Assembly: GCA_043228905.1 (NCBI GenBank)
Contig: JBHGNT010000009.1
Location: 22,361,380 to 22,425,379, forward strand
Length of the DNA stretch: 64,000 bases
Reading direction: 5' to 3'
Source of the DNA: Azolla caroliniana
Taxonomy: Eukaryota > Plantae > Polypodiophyta
Positions 40,984 to 53,919 of the stretch are shown in pieces. Both the position numbers and the translations under genes were made by a program. The notes under the pieces were generated by a model that was not told the DNA's origin, did not search any database, and saw only the letters and a list, made by a program, of their open reading frames with translations. Numbering within the stretch: position 1 is the first letter of the stretch; each line of letters begins with the position of its first letter.

Positions 40984-43192
40984 CTATTTGAACTGATGGG
41001 TGTCGCCATACTTGGCGAGAAGGGATTCAAAAGCTTCCACTTGCCCTGGATCATACTCCCCTTTCGTATCGGGTTTCCACATGACAAGGAAAAGAGCGGC
41101 CGCCTTGTCATCCTCGTCCATGATCCGCATCATGTACGTCGGTATGTCACCAGTCATAGACTTGCCTTTTGCGAATCGGACGGATTTGATCTTCTTCAGG
41201 GCTAGGTGGAAATCTACATTCTCATCTTTATTCATGAGGTTCGCGTACTCGCCTCGCCCCGCGACTGTGTGGTAAAACAACTTCTCCAAGCTGGTGACAG
41301 ACTCTAGGATCCCGGCTCCAGTGTTCACGATGATCCTGATCTGCGATGAAAGCGAGTGGAAAAACAGGAGAAAAGAAAACGAAAATCATGCCTTTTGCTC
41401 TTCAGGGTGGTCGATTAACATTGTCACATTGATGTGAATGTATCCAATTTTGAGCACAAATACGTATACAGAAGGAGAGGAAGAGGAAGCGGTGCTCAAA
41501 CATAGATATACACACAGTCACATATGGATACACGTACGTACATATATGTATATACACACATGGGTACGTATATGCATATACACACATGGATACATATACG
41601 TATATACATATATGTGTATGTGTGTGCATACCCATAGCCATAGCCATAGATAGAGGAAGATCAAAGAGTTACACATACACATATAGTCATGGCCATAGAT
41701 AGAGGAAGATGAATGAGTTACACATATACATAGAGTTATAGCCATAGCCATAGATAGAAGAAGCTGAAAGAGTTATAAATACACATAGAGTTGCAACCAT
41801 GGCCATAGTCATATATAGAGGAAGCTTGTAACAATCGACAACGGTTCGAGAGTGTCAAAAGTGAGCCGTTAAAAAATTGTGAAACTTGAACCGAACCACG
41901 AAACCGATAAACCGAACCATTAAAAAAGAAAATCAAACCATTCAAACCATGATTTCAATTTTCAACTTCGTCAAAATTCAAAAATTCAAAAATTTAAAGA
42001 TTTTCCTAAAATGTGAGAATAAGGCTTGAAAATGAAAAATATTGTTTAAAAATACTTAAAAAAGAAGAAGAAACAATTAAACCGTGGTTTCTAATTGTTG
42101 AAACTGAACCGAACTGAATCGTTTAAACCGTTAAGTCACGGTTTTGAGGTTCGGTTCGGCTCAAACCGAACCGTTGCCGACTGTTAGAGGAAGGTGAAAG
42201 AGCTACACATACACATAGAGCTATAGCCATAGCCATAGCTTGAGGAAGATGAAAGAGTTACACATACACATAGAGCTGCAGCCATAGCCATAGCCATAGC
42301 CATAGATAGAGGAAGATGAAAGAAGTACAAATACACATGGAGCTGCAGCCATAGCCATAGCCATTGCCATAGCCATTGCCATAGCCATAGCTTGAGGAAG
42401 ATGAAAGAGTTACACATACACATAGAGCTGCAGCCATAGCCATAGCCATAGCCATAGATAGAGGAAGATGAAAGAAGTACAAATACACATGGAGCTGCAG
42501 CCATAGCCATAGCCATAGCCATAGCCATAGCTTGAGGAAGATGAAAGAGTTACACATATACATAGAGCTGCAGCCATAGCCATAGCCATAGATAGAGGAA
42601 GATGAAAGAAGTACAAATACACATGGAGCTGCAGCCATAGCCATAGCCATAGCCATAGATAGAGGAAGATGAAAGAGGTACAAATGCACATAGTGCTGCA
42701 GCCATAGCCATAGCCATAGATAGAGGAAGATGAAAGAGCTACAGATGCACAGATAGCCATGGCCATAGATAGAGGAAGATGAAAGAGCTACACATGCACA
42801 GACAACCATCACCATAGCCATGCACACCCACACACACACACACTTACCCGGCCGACACTCTTTGCTTCGTCTAAGAAGTCTTTGATGGGCTGCGTCTCAG
42901 AGCCTCCCTCTGCTTCGGCCGCATCAGGAGTGGCAAGGATCCGGAACCCTAATTTCCTATTGCAGACATTGAACCTCCCGTGAGCTGATAATGATGATGA
43001 AGAAAAAGAAGCAGAAGCAGCAGCCGCAGAAATCCTGTGGTTGGGATGCAAATGTGGCTGAACAGCACAGAAGAAGCGATCGCAGAGACTCGGCTTAGCA
43101 ATGCTGGATAATGGTCTGATGGACAGAGAAGAAGAAGAAGAAGAAGAAGAGGGGTGAAGAAGGAGAAGAGCAGAGGAAGAAAGGGCAGCCAT
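40984..43192 (-). CDS. Plastid-targeted ChuX/HutX-family (HemS/ChuX fold) putative heme-binding protein, 2 exons, 233 aa
   Basis: Exon 1 43192-42848 (Ser/Ala-rich transit peptide, then IKDFLDEAKSVGR) splices GT-AG in phase 0 to exon 2 41340-40984 (IRIIVNTGAGILESVTSLEKLFYH...GEYANLMNKDENVDFHL...VRF..G.S...IPTY.MRI.D...WKPDTKGEYDPGQVEAFESLLAKYG). This is collinear with the recalled cyanobacterial ChuX/HutX-like pattern LKxFLE..LGxLRLIVT..AVLE...EKLFY...YANMH..FEFHL...GEYEPGQVEAW..LKEKYG. Confidence 0.8.
41500..42830. repeat. Intronic compound tandem array: (GCCATA)n spacers with alternating ~65-80-bp units, plus (TA/CA)-rich tract
   Basis: Units gaggaagatgaaagagttacacatacacatagagctgca and gaggaagatgaaagaagtacaaatacacatggagctgca alternate; interrupted by MITE copy B. 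Confidence 0.9.
41829..42186 (-). mobile_element. hAT-like MITE copy B (inverted relative to copy A), inside the HutX-like intron
   Basis: Reverse complement matches 39384-39733 with a few substitutions and a short indel; no clean TSD. Confidence 0.88.
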
Positions 43193-43308
43193 GGCGTCTT
43201 CAGATCACACGAAACAAGAACAGAAAAAGTAGGGCGGGCTCTCTGCTTCTTATCTTTAAGCATGTACAGATATAAAAGCTACAAGTGGCTAGAAGAAAGC
43301 ATGCGGCA
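43193..43308. promoter_or_regulatory. Compact bidirectional promoter region (116 bp between divergent ATGs)
   Basis: ATG(-) at 43192 and ATG(+) at 43309; TATAAAA at 43271; GGGCGGG at ~43232. Confidence 0.7.
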
Positions 43309-43632
43309 ATGGCCTCCTCGTCGCAGCTTCTCTCTCGTCCATTTCCTGTACTTCCCTCTGATCATCGCCATCGCCATCGCTCAATCCCATATAGCTTCAA
43401 GATCCCTGTGTTTTCATCCAAATCCCCATCCCGTTTGCACAGGCGCAGATCCGTTAATCTCGCTGCATCTGTTCTAGGGTCAGGGAGCTTCCTGTGGGCT
43501 GCCATTGGTGCTGGAGGAGCTCTCGTGGCTGCAGCTATGGCAGCATCTATGTCTTCTTCTGCGACAGGGAAGACTAAAGCACAGCAAGCCTCCCTTTGTG
43601 TGAAACGAGGCATGGAGCTCTTTGTTCAGGTT

Positions 43633-43669
<37 letters not shown>

Positions 43670-45595
43670 ATATGCTCCTGCTCTTTTGCTTTTCATATGC
43701 CCTGTCTCATTTTTTGGTCAGTATATTCCATTTCTCCCGTGCTTAGCTTGTTCTGTCTCTTCTGTGTTTAGATTCTTAGTTTGTTCTGTGTCTTCTGTGT
43801 TTAGATTCTTAGTTTGTTCTGTGTTTTCTGTGTTTAGATCCTTAGTTTGTCCTGTGTCTTCTGTGTTTAGATTCTTTGGTTTGGCATGTGTTTGATATGC
43901 TCCATATTATACACAGAGACAGATAGACACAGAGAGATCGAGACCTAAACACTCATTCCCTCCCTGATTTCGCAAGATTATGTGCTCAATTTCTCTTCAT
44001 ATCTATGCCTTTTAATTGATTGTTAGGGAGATGTAGAAGGCTCGCTTGTGGAGTTCGACAGAGCACTAGAACTCGACCCTCGACAAAAGCCATGTCAGTG
44101 AGCTCATTGATACTCCATGTCATTACAATGAGCATATTTAAATTGTTCAATCAAGTATTTATTGGGAGACATGGTTCCATCTTCTCGCCTTTTTTCTCGC
44201 AGATCTTTGGCAGAGAGGCCTATCACTGTACTATGTGGATAGGTAAGGAATGAATTTCACGATCTCATCTGTTTCTTCTTTTAATTGTATTGATCTCCGT
44301 TTAATGCTCAGGTTTTTAGATGGAGCAGCACAATTCAGGGAAGATGTGGCGGTCAATCCAAATGACACTGAAGAGGCAATCTGGTCATTTCTGTGTGAAG
44401 CACGGATTCGAGGAGAAGATGAAGCTCGAAAGGACTTCTTGGAGGTAATGAATCTCTATTTCCTTTATTTTTTTTGTTTGTAGTTGATGTCATTCTATAA
44501 GCACAGAAGAGTCTTGATTCCACCTATAGGTGTGTTTTGCTTGAAAATGCCCACAAACACATACATAATGTATTGTTAATCGATCAAGCAAGTAGCATTA
44601 TTGGCAACTATGGTATATATTTCTTTGCTGTACTACTAGTCAGCATTGCTGCACATGGTCTGGCAAACTGCTAGGCAATAGGCATGATTGACATATGCCT
44701 TGTTTGTATGATAATTTACAACGGTAATCAGGCAATGTGACAGCACAAGTTTATGTACAATAGAAATCCGACATGTTTTGGAGCTTGAATTGTGGGTCCA
44801 GTTTTAATATGTATATAACGATCAGGATTCTTTATTTATTCTGTCTCTGAGTTTTGTAGAGATTATTTAGTCTCTGAGATTATGAAATAGAAGAATCTAA
44901 AATTTGACGGTGACTGGTTTGTAACAGTTTTTTATGTTGCAAAAATGCATACTCTGATAGATTCCCTTGTGATTCTCCCTTTAAGGTCGGATTGGATCGT
45001 CGTCCTGTCATGAGGAAAGCATATCAGCTATTCAAACACGGGGGCGATCCGAATGATGTAAGTATTTGAATCGAAAGCCATGTTCTACATTTGAAAGGTG
45101 TGTACTTTCCACAAATGGATAAATAGGTGTGGAAAATCTTTGGAACCAAAGCTGGTAAATGAATTCAAAGACGGAGAGCCGTATGAAATATTTTATGCAT
45201 ATCTTTATGCGGGTTTGTGCCATGAATGCCAGGTATATTATCTGTATCTTCTTATTTGTCGGTTATTTTAGTATCCCCACAAGATTATGGGGATTGTAAC
45301 AGATGATATTGATACTTGCAATTGCTGCAATGCAGGGAAATTCTGATGCTGCAAAAACTGCCATACTAGCTGCCACGGGCACTCCATATGGCTCAAGGTA
45401 TTGTAAATCATGAGCTCATGTGTTCCTGATAACGGTTAACTTGTTTGTGAGCTCATATGCTGCTAATAAAATGGTGCATTATGATTTCTTTCGAGAGTTA
45501 TTCGCTTGTCTTAATGGGAATCATCATGTAGGTCAAGTGATTATATGGCTATGCTTGCCAAAGTTCACTGCAAGTGCCGTAACTGGGATATTTGA
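43309..45595 (+). CDS. Plastid TPR-like superfamily protein (At3g05625-like), 8 exons
   Basis: Exons 43309-43629, 44027-44093, 44203-44242, 44312-44444, 44986-45057, 45152-45232, 45336-45397, 45532-45595. Protein ...KRGMELFVQGDVEGSLVEFDRALELDPRQKPYLWQRGLSLYYVDRF..GAAQFREDVAVNPNDTEEAIWSFLCEA...DYMAMLAKVHCKCRNWDI*. Confidence 0.88.
43745..43880. repeat. Intronic minisatellite ~33 bp x4
   Basis: tgttctgtgtcttctgtgtttagattcttagtt repeated. Confidence 0.85.
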
Positions 45596-48500
45596 CAAAA
45601 CAATTAGAACGGAACCTTTTGATGTATGAGTTACCGAGAACAGATGTAAAAAAATATGATATTATTTTGTAAGGCATTCCAATATTAAGTTACCGAGAAC
45701 AGATCCTTTGATATATGCTCTTCTCTTTCCTTCATCAAGCTAAAAAGCATGATATTGTTTTGTAAGATATTCCAATATTAAGTTACGGGGTTGCCATATG
45801 CTTGAAGAGGCTGTTTTATGTGCTGTGTATGTTAGTTTTGCTGAACTCAGTGCTGGATTGATTAAGGACCTAGTATCTATCATCCTCTGCAGTTGTTGGT
45901 GCTCGACAGCCATATGTATATGTTAAAGGAATGCATACTTTGCAATTCATGCTATTGAATGTGTCTGCTCTGGGAGCTTGATTTTTTGTGATGGTTCGGA
46001 AACTAGTATGACCAATTTGTTCAATTGTAGAATATGTTGAGAATGGCCGGTTGATAAACAAAGACAATAACAGAAGGTCCACATGTACAGATACTATACA
46101 ATTGTGCTATCAACAATGGTATCAACTTTACCAAGTACATTTGAATTTTTTTATTATTGCTTAGACATGGGCCATGTATACATGATATTCTAGGTATTCC
46201 AAATGAAAAAAGAGCATACTCGACTACCTAGGATTGCATTGTCAAGTAGAGTACTAGAAACTAGCCATTCCCATCTTCAAACACTCTAAAATGAACACAT
46301 TCCTTTCCATTGTTACTATTTATACGGGTGTGACATTTTTGGCATACAAAAACAGCATCATCTTAGCATTCTTCATAATATGCATCCTACATTGCATTTA
46401 TATGTTTGGTTCCTTTTATGGACCATGAAAGATCATGAATTAACTGTTTACATCTGATCAAAAGATCTGTCAAAATACATTAAAAATTTGATTTGCAGAC
46501 TAATATAGTGACATGCGAAAAATTATTTTGCACCATGGTGCTTTAGAAAGGTTACTACATCAAAAAGAGAATTCTGCTTACGTCTGCTCAAAAGATGTGT
46601 CAAAATACATCTAAAAAATTGATGTGCAGACTAATATTGTGACCTGCAAATTTCACTATGGTGTTTTAGAAAGATTACTAAATCCAGAAAGTAGTTTAAC
46701 TCAGTTGCCGGGGTCTTAACTAATACTGTTCTTTTGCAGCAATACTGGTGTCATGCTTCATGCTTTACTGTAAATTTTAGCAGCAAATGGAAAGTTAAAA
46801 AAACACCTTTTCTTCTAAAGAATTCACCTCCTCATAAAATAGAGTCACATATCAAGCACAGCCAATATATGGTTATTCTAGAGATCTCCTCAACATTCCT
46901 TGACATTTAATTGGAAGCCTCGCTACATACAAAGAGAGCATCAATTCTCTAGGTATCTTTGAACACCATTCAAATCCATGGTTTGGACACTGCATCTCAC
47001 AAGGCTGAGACTGTCAATCATTATCAGTGATCACTTGGTGATCCATGTCTAAAATTTGTAGCAAATGCACAGCCAAATATGGTTATACTAGAGATCTCAT
47101 TAACATTCCTTGATATTTCATGGGAAGCCTCTCTACATACAAAGAGAGCATCAATTCTCTGCTTTTTCAACACAGCCAGAGCTCCCTCCACATTTAATGA
47201 GTCATTCTGTAATTTCTTTGGGCTATGTAATTGCCTCAATTTCAGCCCCCTCATGGGTTTGGATCATGTCTAAAGGAATTTCATATCTTGAATGTATAAG
47301 TTGAACTTCCCTAGGTTTCTTGGTAAGAACAAGGATAATCATACTCAAGCATACCAAGAGTGTTAGCTCAATGGGATGAATAAACATGAGCATTAGAAGA
47401 GGTCAATTATTATAGAACCACCTTGAGATATATTTATCTCCATGTCTCAAATGTGACTCTAACCCAATTGTTTCTCCAATCATCTTCATCTACTATCATA
47501 AATATCAATTTGCAGATAGTTTTTATATGCTTCATCTCTAGAGCTTGATGTCCATTTGGTTGAAGCAAACAATCACAAAATTGAGTAGGAGACCTTGTCT
47601 TGTTAATGCATAGTGCCAAATGATTGGGTTGGCACTCTTCATTACCTATTTGAAATTGCACCATCATGACTGTCAAAACATTGTAAATAGACTTCATACA
47701 TGGATATGCCGATATTACTATGAGCATAAGACATGCCCAAAATCTAGGGTTCTTTCTAGGATCCCAATCACGAAAACTCCATGCCCCTTCTTTGATCTCA
47801 TGCAACATCACAATTGGTTGAAAAGAGAATCATGAAAAGAGCACGGTTGGCAAAACATTAGGATACAATTGGTATAGATTCAAGCTACTAATAGAACCCA
47901 TTTATTGAAACATTTCATGACATATATAACTCCCTTATTCCATACATTTTATAGTAAAAAAAGAAGATAGAGACTAATCCTCTCCTTGTAGCCCACAACC
48001 TAGACCACCTTAGTGTTGTAGAAAAGTTCTTTTGTACCAAATGAAGATGGATAAGAGTGAATGGGTCTGGTAAAGAAAGTTTTGAATTGGAGAAATAAAG
48101 AAATCAAAACTAGTGCACATATTTTTTGACATTGCAATCTTTTCCATGAGTGAAACTTGAACTCGAAGAGCAATGAAAAATTGCAACCTTTTGATCCCAT
48201 CACCCTCTATTATGAAACCATGGAATTCTAAAGGAGATTAACAGTATGTTAAATGGAACCCCAGCTTTAGAGACCAAATTTTTTAGCAAGTGAACCTAAT
48301 ATCAATGCATGAGAAATCTCATTGATTTGCAAATAAAACAAAAATCTTTACAACATTCAAAAAACTTCAATTTGCACTAGAATGCAAAACCATGAACAAA
48401 ATAAACCAATAAACTAATGCTTTTACAAATTTGGCAATAATAACAAAGTGAAGATTGCCAAGTCTAACAATTTTTATGATCGAATGCATATGCACATGTA

Positions 48501-49019
48501 CTTAAACAACATATTGCACTATCAACAACACCTCGTTGTAAGCTATGTACATTTTCCAAAATTCCAAGTTCGATGTTCCCATTCTCACATCAATGGACGA
48601 ACATTATTGAAATTTGCCAATACTCAAATAATTTGAGTGTGTGCACAAAAGGCTGGCTCATATCTCAATGCATCCACAACCTCACGAATTACAATTTCGA
48701 ACACACCATAAAGCAAGTTTTGCATACGATAGTTCTACAAAGATGCCACTAAAGTTGAACTTTAACTAGTAGAAAATCTAGCAAACTTGATTAAGCTGAA
48801 TGATTAGCACCAATATATTTGTAATTAGCACTAATATTGTGTGATTAGGAGAAAGACTCTTTAATTATCCCACAATCAGTATATCCCAATGCTCTTAAGT
48901 TTTTTTTTCTCCTTGAATCCCCCCCCATTCTTCTTATTGAATGCATATGGGGATTGTTCATCTTATTTCTTCTCGTGAAATAAGCTTCGTTGCAAGATGC
49001 ACAAAAGCATTGATGATAG

Positions 49020-49205
49020 CCCTTTATATGTATGTATGTATGGTTTGGTATCGTTGCAAGCTGTAAGTATGTGTGGTAGGCAAAGTTTGATGATGGCCCT
49101 TTATATGTATGTATGTATGGTTTGGAATTGTTGCAAGATGTAAGTATGTGTGGTAGACAAAGTTTGATGATGGCCCTTTATATGTATGTATGTATGGTTT
49201 GGAAT
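49020..49205. repeat. Tandem repeat ~78 bp x2.3
   Basis: cctttatatgtatgtatgtatggtttgg recurs three times. Confidence 0.75.
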
Positions 49206-50679
49206 CCATTCTTTTGGTCAATGAAATCAACTTTTTTAAATTGAATTTACAGTAAATATGATCATATTCTATGTCCGTGCTTACATTTTTTGCATGATTT
49301 TGGACCACGTTTGGAGATTGTTCTTGACTATTATCTAATTTGTGCATCTTTCAAGAACTCGAAAAAACATGACATTTTCTTTTTGTTTTTCAAATGGGTT
49401 TAGGGGGGCATTTGTCAATCTAGTCAATGTAGATCAAACATTGTCCTTGAAAGCTGAAATGGTGTGCCAACTTGCACACCAAGAAGTCTTCTAACTCAAA
49501 ATGCAAACACTTTTTTCAATAAGCTAATGGATATTCCAAATTCCTTAAGGGATATTTCCTTTGAGCTCCCTGCAAAACACTTGCTTCAATCATTTAACAA
49601 TGTGTCACATACCTTAGAGAGGGCACGCAGGTCACCAATTTAGGTTGCCTTTTCAAATCATGCAAGCCTTCGATCAGAATTGCCTTTCCAATTCAACATT
49701 ACTTATGTTATTATACAACCCATCTAATCAAATTGATACCATGCATACCTAAGTAGATAATGTATCCACATTTACGTCATTCACCTAACAAGGCAAAGTC
49801 ATGATGTTGGATCCTTGGTTTACACCTTCCAAATAAAACAATTACATCGTATAAATAGCTCAATGTCAAAAGAAGTAGAAGGCTAACATGCATCCGAATT
49901 AGAATTCAATGCAGACCAATTGTTTTTGGCAATAATTGGATGTGATCTTCTCATTCCATTTAACAAACTTATCTCAAACAGTCGTGACCTTTTAGCACAC
50001 GACAATAGCTTTTAATTATGTATTTTTTTAAATGACTAATGAACCATCAAATCTCTACATGGGCCATACATGATGCATTTGGTTCTTCAAGTCAAGCTTC
50101 AAAGTTCATAATATAAATAATTATCCAAATTTCACAATAATAGAGTTGACATTTTAAATGTTCGAGCAAACTCAACCCTTTAGATTAAACAATTGACATT
50201 TGAAAAGCACACGAAGTTTTCGGGTGAATTTTCATGTCATTAGAAATCTAAATTACTATAACACTAGCATTTATTGCAATGTAAATTATTGCAAATACAT
50301 AGTTACTCATTCAAATCACAGAAATAACCATTGAAAAAGTATGTTATTAATCACATTATTGCCAATACATATATTTTCTCACATGTAATTAGATCTTTGT
50401 GATTGACAACTAAAGAAAGTGGTACCATAATTTATGGTTCCCCTAATAATAAATAAATTTTGGACATTTGAATGCATGGAGAGAACAAATTAAGTGGGAT
50501 CCCCCACCTTTAAATGTGACCTATTTTCTTACTAAAAAAAAAACCGAGTTGGCCATTGTGAGTTTGACGATTAAAGGTAGATGTTCATTTTCTAACAATT
50601 CCAAAAACACGAGTTTGACCTTGCACTTGACAATTGTGTTTTTCCTAATAATTTAAAGAAAGAAAACGTTGAACGCAAG

Positions 50680-53600
50680 TTTTTTAAAACCTTTTATTTA
50701 ATTATTGAGGGGGGGAACCCCAAATACCCTTAGGTGTTCTTTTTTTTGAAAGAAAGATACACCTTAGTATATTATGTACTTGAGAAATGGACAGATAGAA
50801 AACAGAAGGAGACATTTCATCTCACCTCTATAGTAATAGAAAGGCTAATACCAACATCTGATCAAACAAATGATATCATATAAGAAACAAGTGGAGTACA
50901 AACTACTGCAATATAAAAGAAGGTATGGCATAATTCCACCTCACACCAGAAGTTGTATCTGAAAATAAGTGAAGCCCTCACCATCGTTTCTTAAAGTCCA
51001 CTTGACGTTGCCATAGAACATCAGTTGAACCCTGCAGATCATGATATTGCCCACGTAGGGTATGGACAAATAATAACCAGAATTCAATAAGCATGGTGTT
51101 GAGATGTATGTGAGCATTATTAAAAATGACATCACATCTCACTTTCCATATTGTCCAAATAGCTAATGACGTAATAGTACGCCAAATAACCAAAATTTCA
51201 ATCCTAAACCGTAGAATAAAAGATGGAAATGAAGTGAGATAGAGGTACCCATGGGAAGGTGAAAGACATGAGAAGCATGCCTACTTTCATACTTCATAAC
51301 ATCTCCATGAAGGACACCCCATAATACTACACCCCACGAGAAAATAGAACGAAAATAATGGTGTCTCAGCAATAAAAGCAACTTACTCCAAAATTGCTTG
51401 ATCTTGGGACATAACCAAAACAAATGCAAAATAGATTCCCCAGATGCACCACAATGTATTCCACAACCATATTGCTGATTTTGCCTCAACCAATCACCAA
51501 CAGGAAGAGCATAATGCATCAACTGCCAACGAAAACAAATCACTTTTTTCGGCAATTGCATACTCCACAACCATTTCCAAAATTTTGTAAGTTGCAATGC
51601 ATGCACATTATTTGCAGTCCAATGCTTCATGGCAGCATGGCATTTATACTTTGATTGCAATAATAAATTTCTACCTAGCTTAGCCGAATATTGGAAAAAC
51701 TCCAAATGTTTACCATTTCCTCCAACACTTAGCTTTTTCCATTGATAATCAATTGAATCCCAATCCAAATTGTAAAGCGGTTTTTAAAAAAAAACCCACA
51801 ATGAACAACACCGTAAGAATTCTTGAAAGAGTGGATCCAAAAACCATTTTTTTCCAGATCTTGCAACTACTCGAATAACTAAAACATTGGCGGACATCCA
51901 CACTTCTGATGCAGAAAATACATGCCACATTAAAGTATATAACATCACCTACAATGTTAGTTACTTTGGCTCCTAAAATAACTTTTAAAGGAGAGAAATA
52001 ACCAAACCAGATTGCTAGAAGGGGACCATGAAGCCATAATTTGTCCCAATGCCTCTTGCATATCATTGCACATAATAACACTTCCTCGAACTGAAAGCAT
52101 CGACAAAAATTGTAACGGATGATTCATAACATAACATCCCCATGATAGAACATTACATGCTATTGATGCATCTAAAGAAGCCCAATTCAACCGAGGACGA
52201 CTACCAAGCAGAAAATCCCTTGTATCAGAGAAGAAAAAATTCCAGGTCAAAGGTTGTCTCAACAAGTCATCCGTTGTCGAAGGCATCTTCCGAACTAGAA
52301 ACTTTTTAACACCTGACCAACTTGCGAGAATTCCATTAAAAAACCTATCTTCTGATAAGGTTGTTTTAAACAAGTGAAAATTCTGAATAAAGGCCCATCT
52401 TAATGAGGGTTGCCACATTCCACCTATTGTTAGACACATAGTAGACAACCTATGCATCATCAACCGACTCCAAACACCTTGCATTGACAACATAACTCTA
52501 CACACAAATTTAGAAAGCAAAGCCTTACATTGTGCTTTTGGATCCACCAGCCCCAACCCACCATTTTGTTGCGGAGCAATCAAATTGATTGACCAAGCTA
52601 CTCTTGGCCTTTTATCTTGACTTGTTTTTCCTCCCCAAATGTAATTGCAAATGAGGCGTTGCACTTGCAAAATACATGATCTAGCAAACAATGTAGTAGA
52701 AACAATATACCAAATAGTAGCTAAAAGAACTTGGTTAGCTACAAGTACACAACCTGCAAATGATAGGTTAACTGAATCCCAAAGCAACAAATTTCTCCTT
52801 AACTTTACAAGTAGAAGAGCAACTAACATATCTGCAATAACATGAAGTCCCACTTGGCAACCCAAGTAATGAGTAGTGGTTCCATCATGAACCCACTTGA
52901 ATTCTTGCGAAGGCATCCAAGAAGGCAACGAATTTTGTGATACCCAAAAACCAAGAGATTTATGCCAATTTATCTTTGCTCTAGAGGCCAAACAGAATTC
53001 CTCCACTACTTCTTGCAATTTACTTAAATTTTCATCATTACCTTGAACATAAATTGCAGTATCATCTCAAATTCTGAATCCAATAGTTGTTGTTGCATTG
53101 CAGGCAAAGGCAAACCCTTCAGAGAAACTTGAGAAGAATTTAAATACATTGAGAATGTTTCCATTACTAGCAAAAACAGGAATGGGGCCAATGGACAACC
53201 TTGACGTACAGAACCGTAAATAGAGAATTTTCTAGTTTGCCCATCGGCTACCAAGACTGAACTAAAGGCCTCACGATACAACGAAGCTATAGCCCTAATC
53301 CATTGAACAGGAAAACCTAATCTCAAAAACGAACCTTCCATGAAATCCCAATCAATTGTGTCATATGCCTTTTCAAAATCTAATAAAAGTACCGCAAGAT
53401 CTTCTTTATTCTTCACTGCCATCCTTGTTAATTCCCAAAATAGAAAAACATTATAAAAAATATTACGTTCTTGCATAAATCCCATATGCAATTCATGCAC
53501 AATATCTGGAAGAAAGGATTGTAATCTCAACGCCAATAACTTAGCGTAAATGTTGTAAATTGTATTCAATAAAGTAATGGGCAACCAACCCTTCACCTCA

Positions 53601-53745
53601 TCCGTAACAACATCACCTTTCGGAATGAGGCATATCAATCCCGCTTTCCACTTTTGAGGCATAATACTAGATTGAACATTTCTTGAAATGCTGCAAGTAA
53701 ATCATCAACAATCAAATCCCAATATGTAATGAAAAAATATCTTCC
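50680..53745 (-). mobile_element. 5'-truncated L1-clade LINE (RT, zf-RVT, 3' end), frameshifted
   Basis: ORF pieces PITLLNTIY..., LLLDFEKAYDTIDW, SVRQGCPLAPFLF, YLGCQVG, GGLGLVD, CGASGESILHLFWLC, AIWTIWKVR; AATAAA and A-rich end near 50680-50700 on the minus strand. Confidence 0.9.
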
Positions 53746-53919
53746 TGGTTATAGGTTATAGGGTTAGGGTTAATGATATTGATCTTGATGATTGATGATG
53801 AACGGTAATGGTAGAATAGGGTTATGATAGGGATATAATAAGCATTGTGGGATTGAAGGCTATGGCAATGGCATTGCAAATCATTGTGAGGTGGGGGAAT
53901 GGCTCCACCCCCCTCCCAA

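Noticed and set aside
41620-42830. CRISPR-like repeat-spacer appearance (also 63170-63640, 18054-18362)
   Set aside because: The spacers are themselves repetitive, the context is eukaryotic, and there are no cas genes.
42184-42839. Long MAMAMA/YGYGYG/LWLWLW ORFs
   Set aside because: Translations of the intronic (GCCATA)n array, open in several frames; not genes.
53748-53772. TTAGGG telomere-like repeats at the L1 5' junction
   Set aside because: Only about two degenerate units; too short to support telomere addition.
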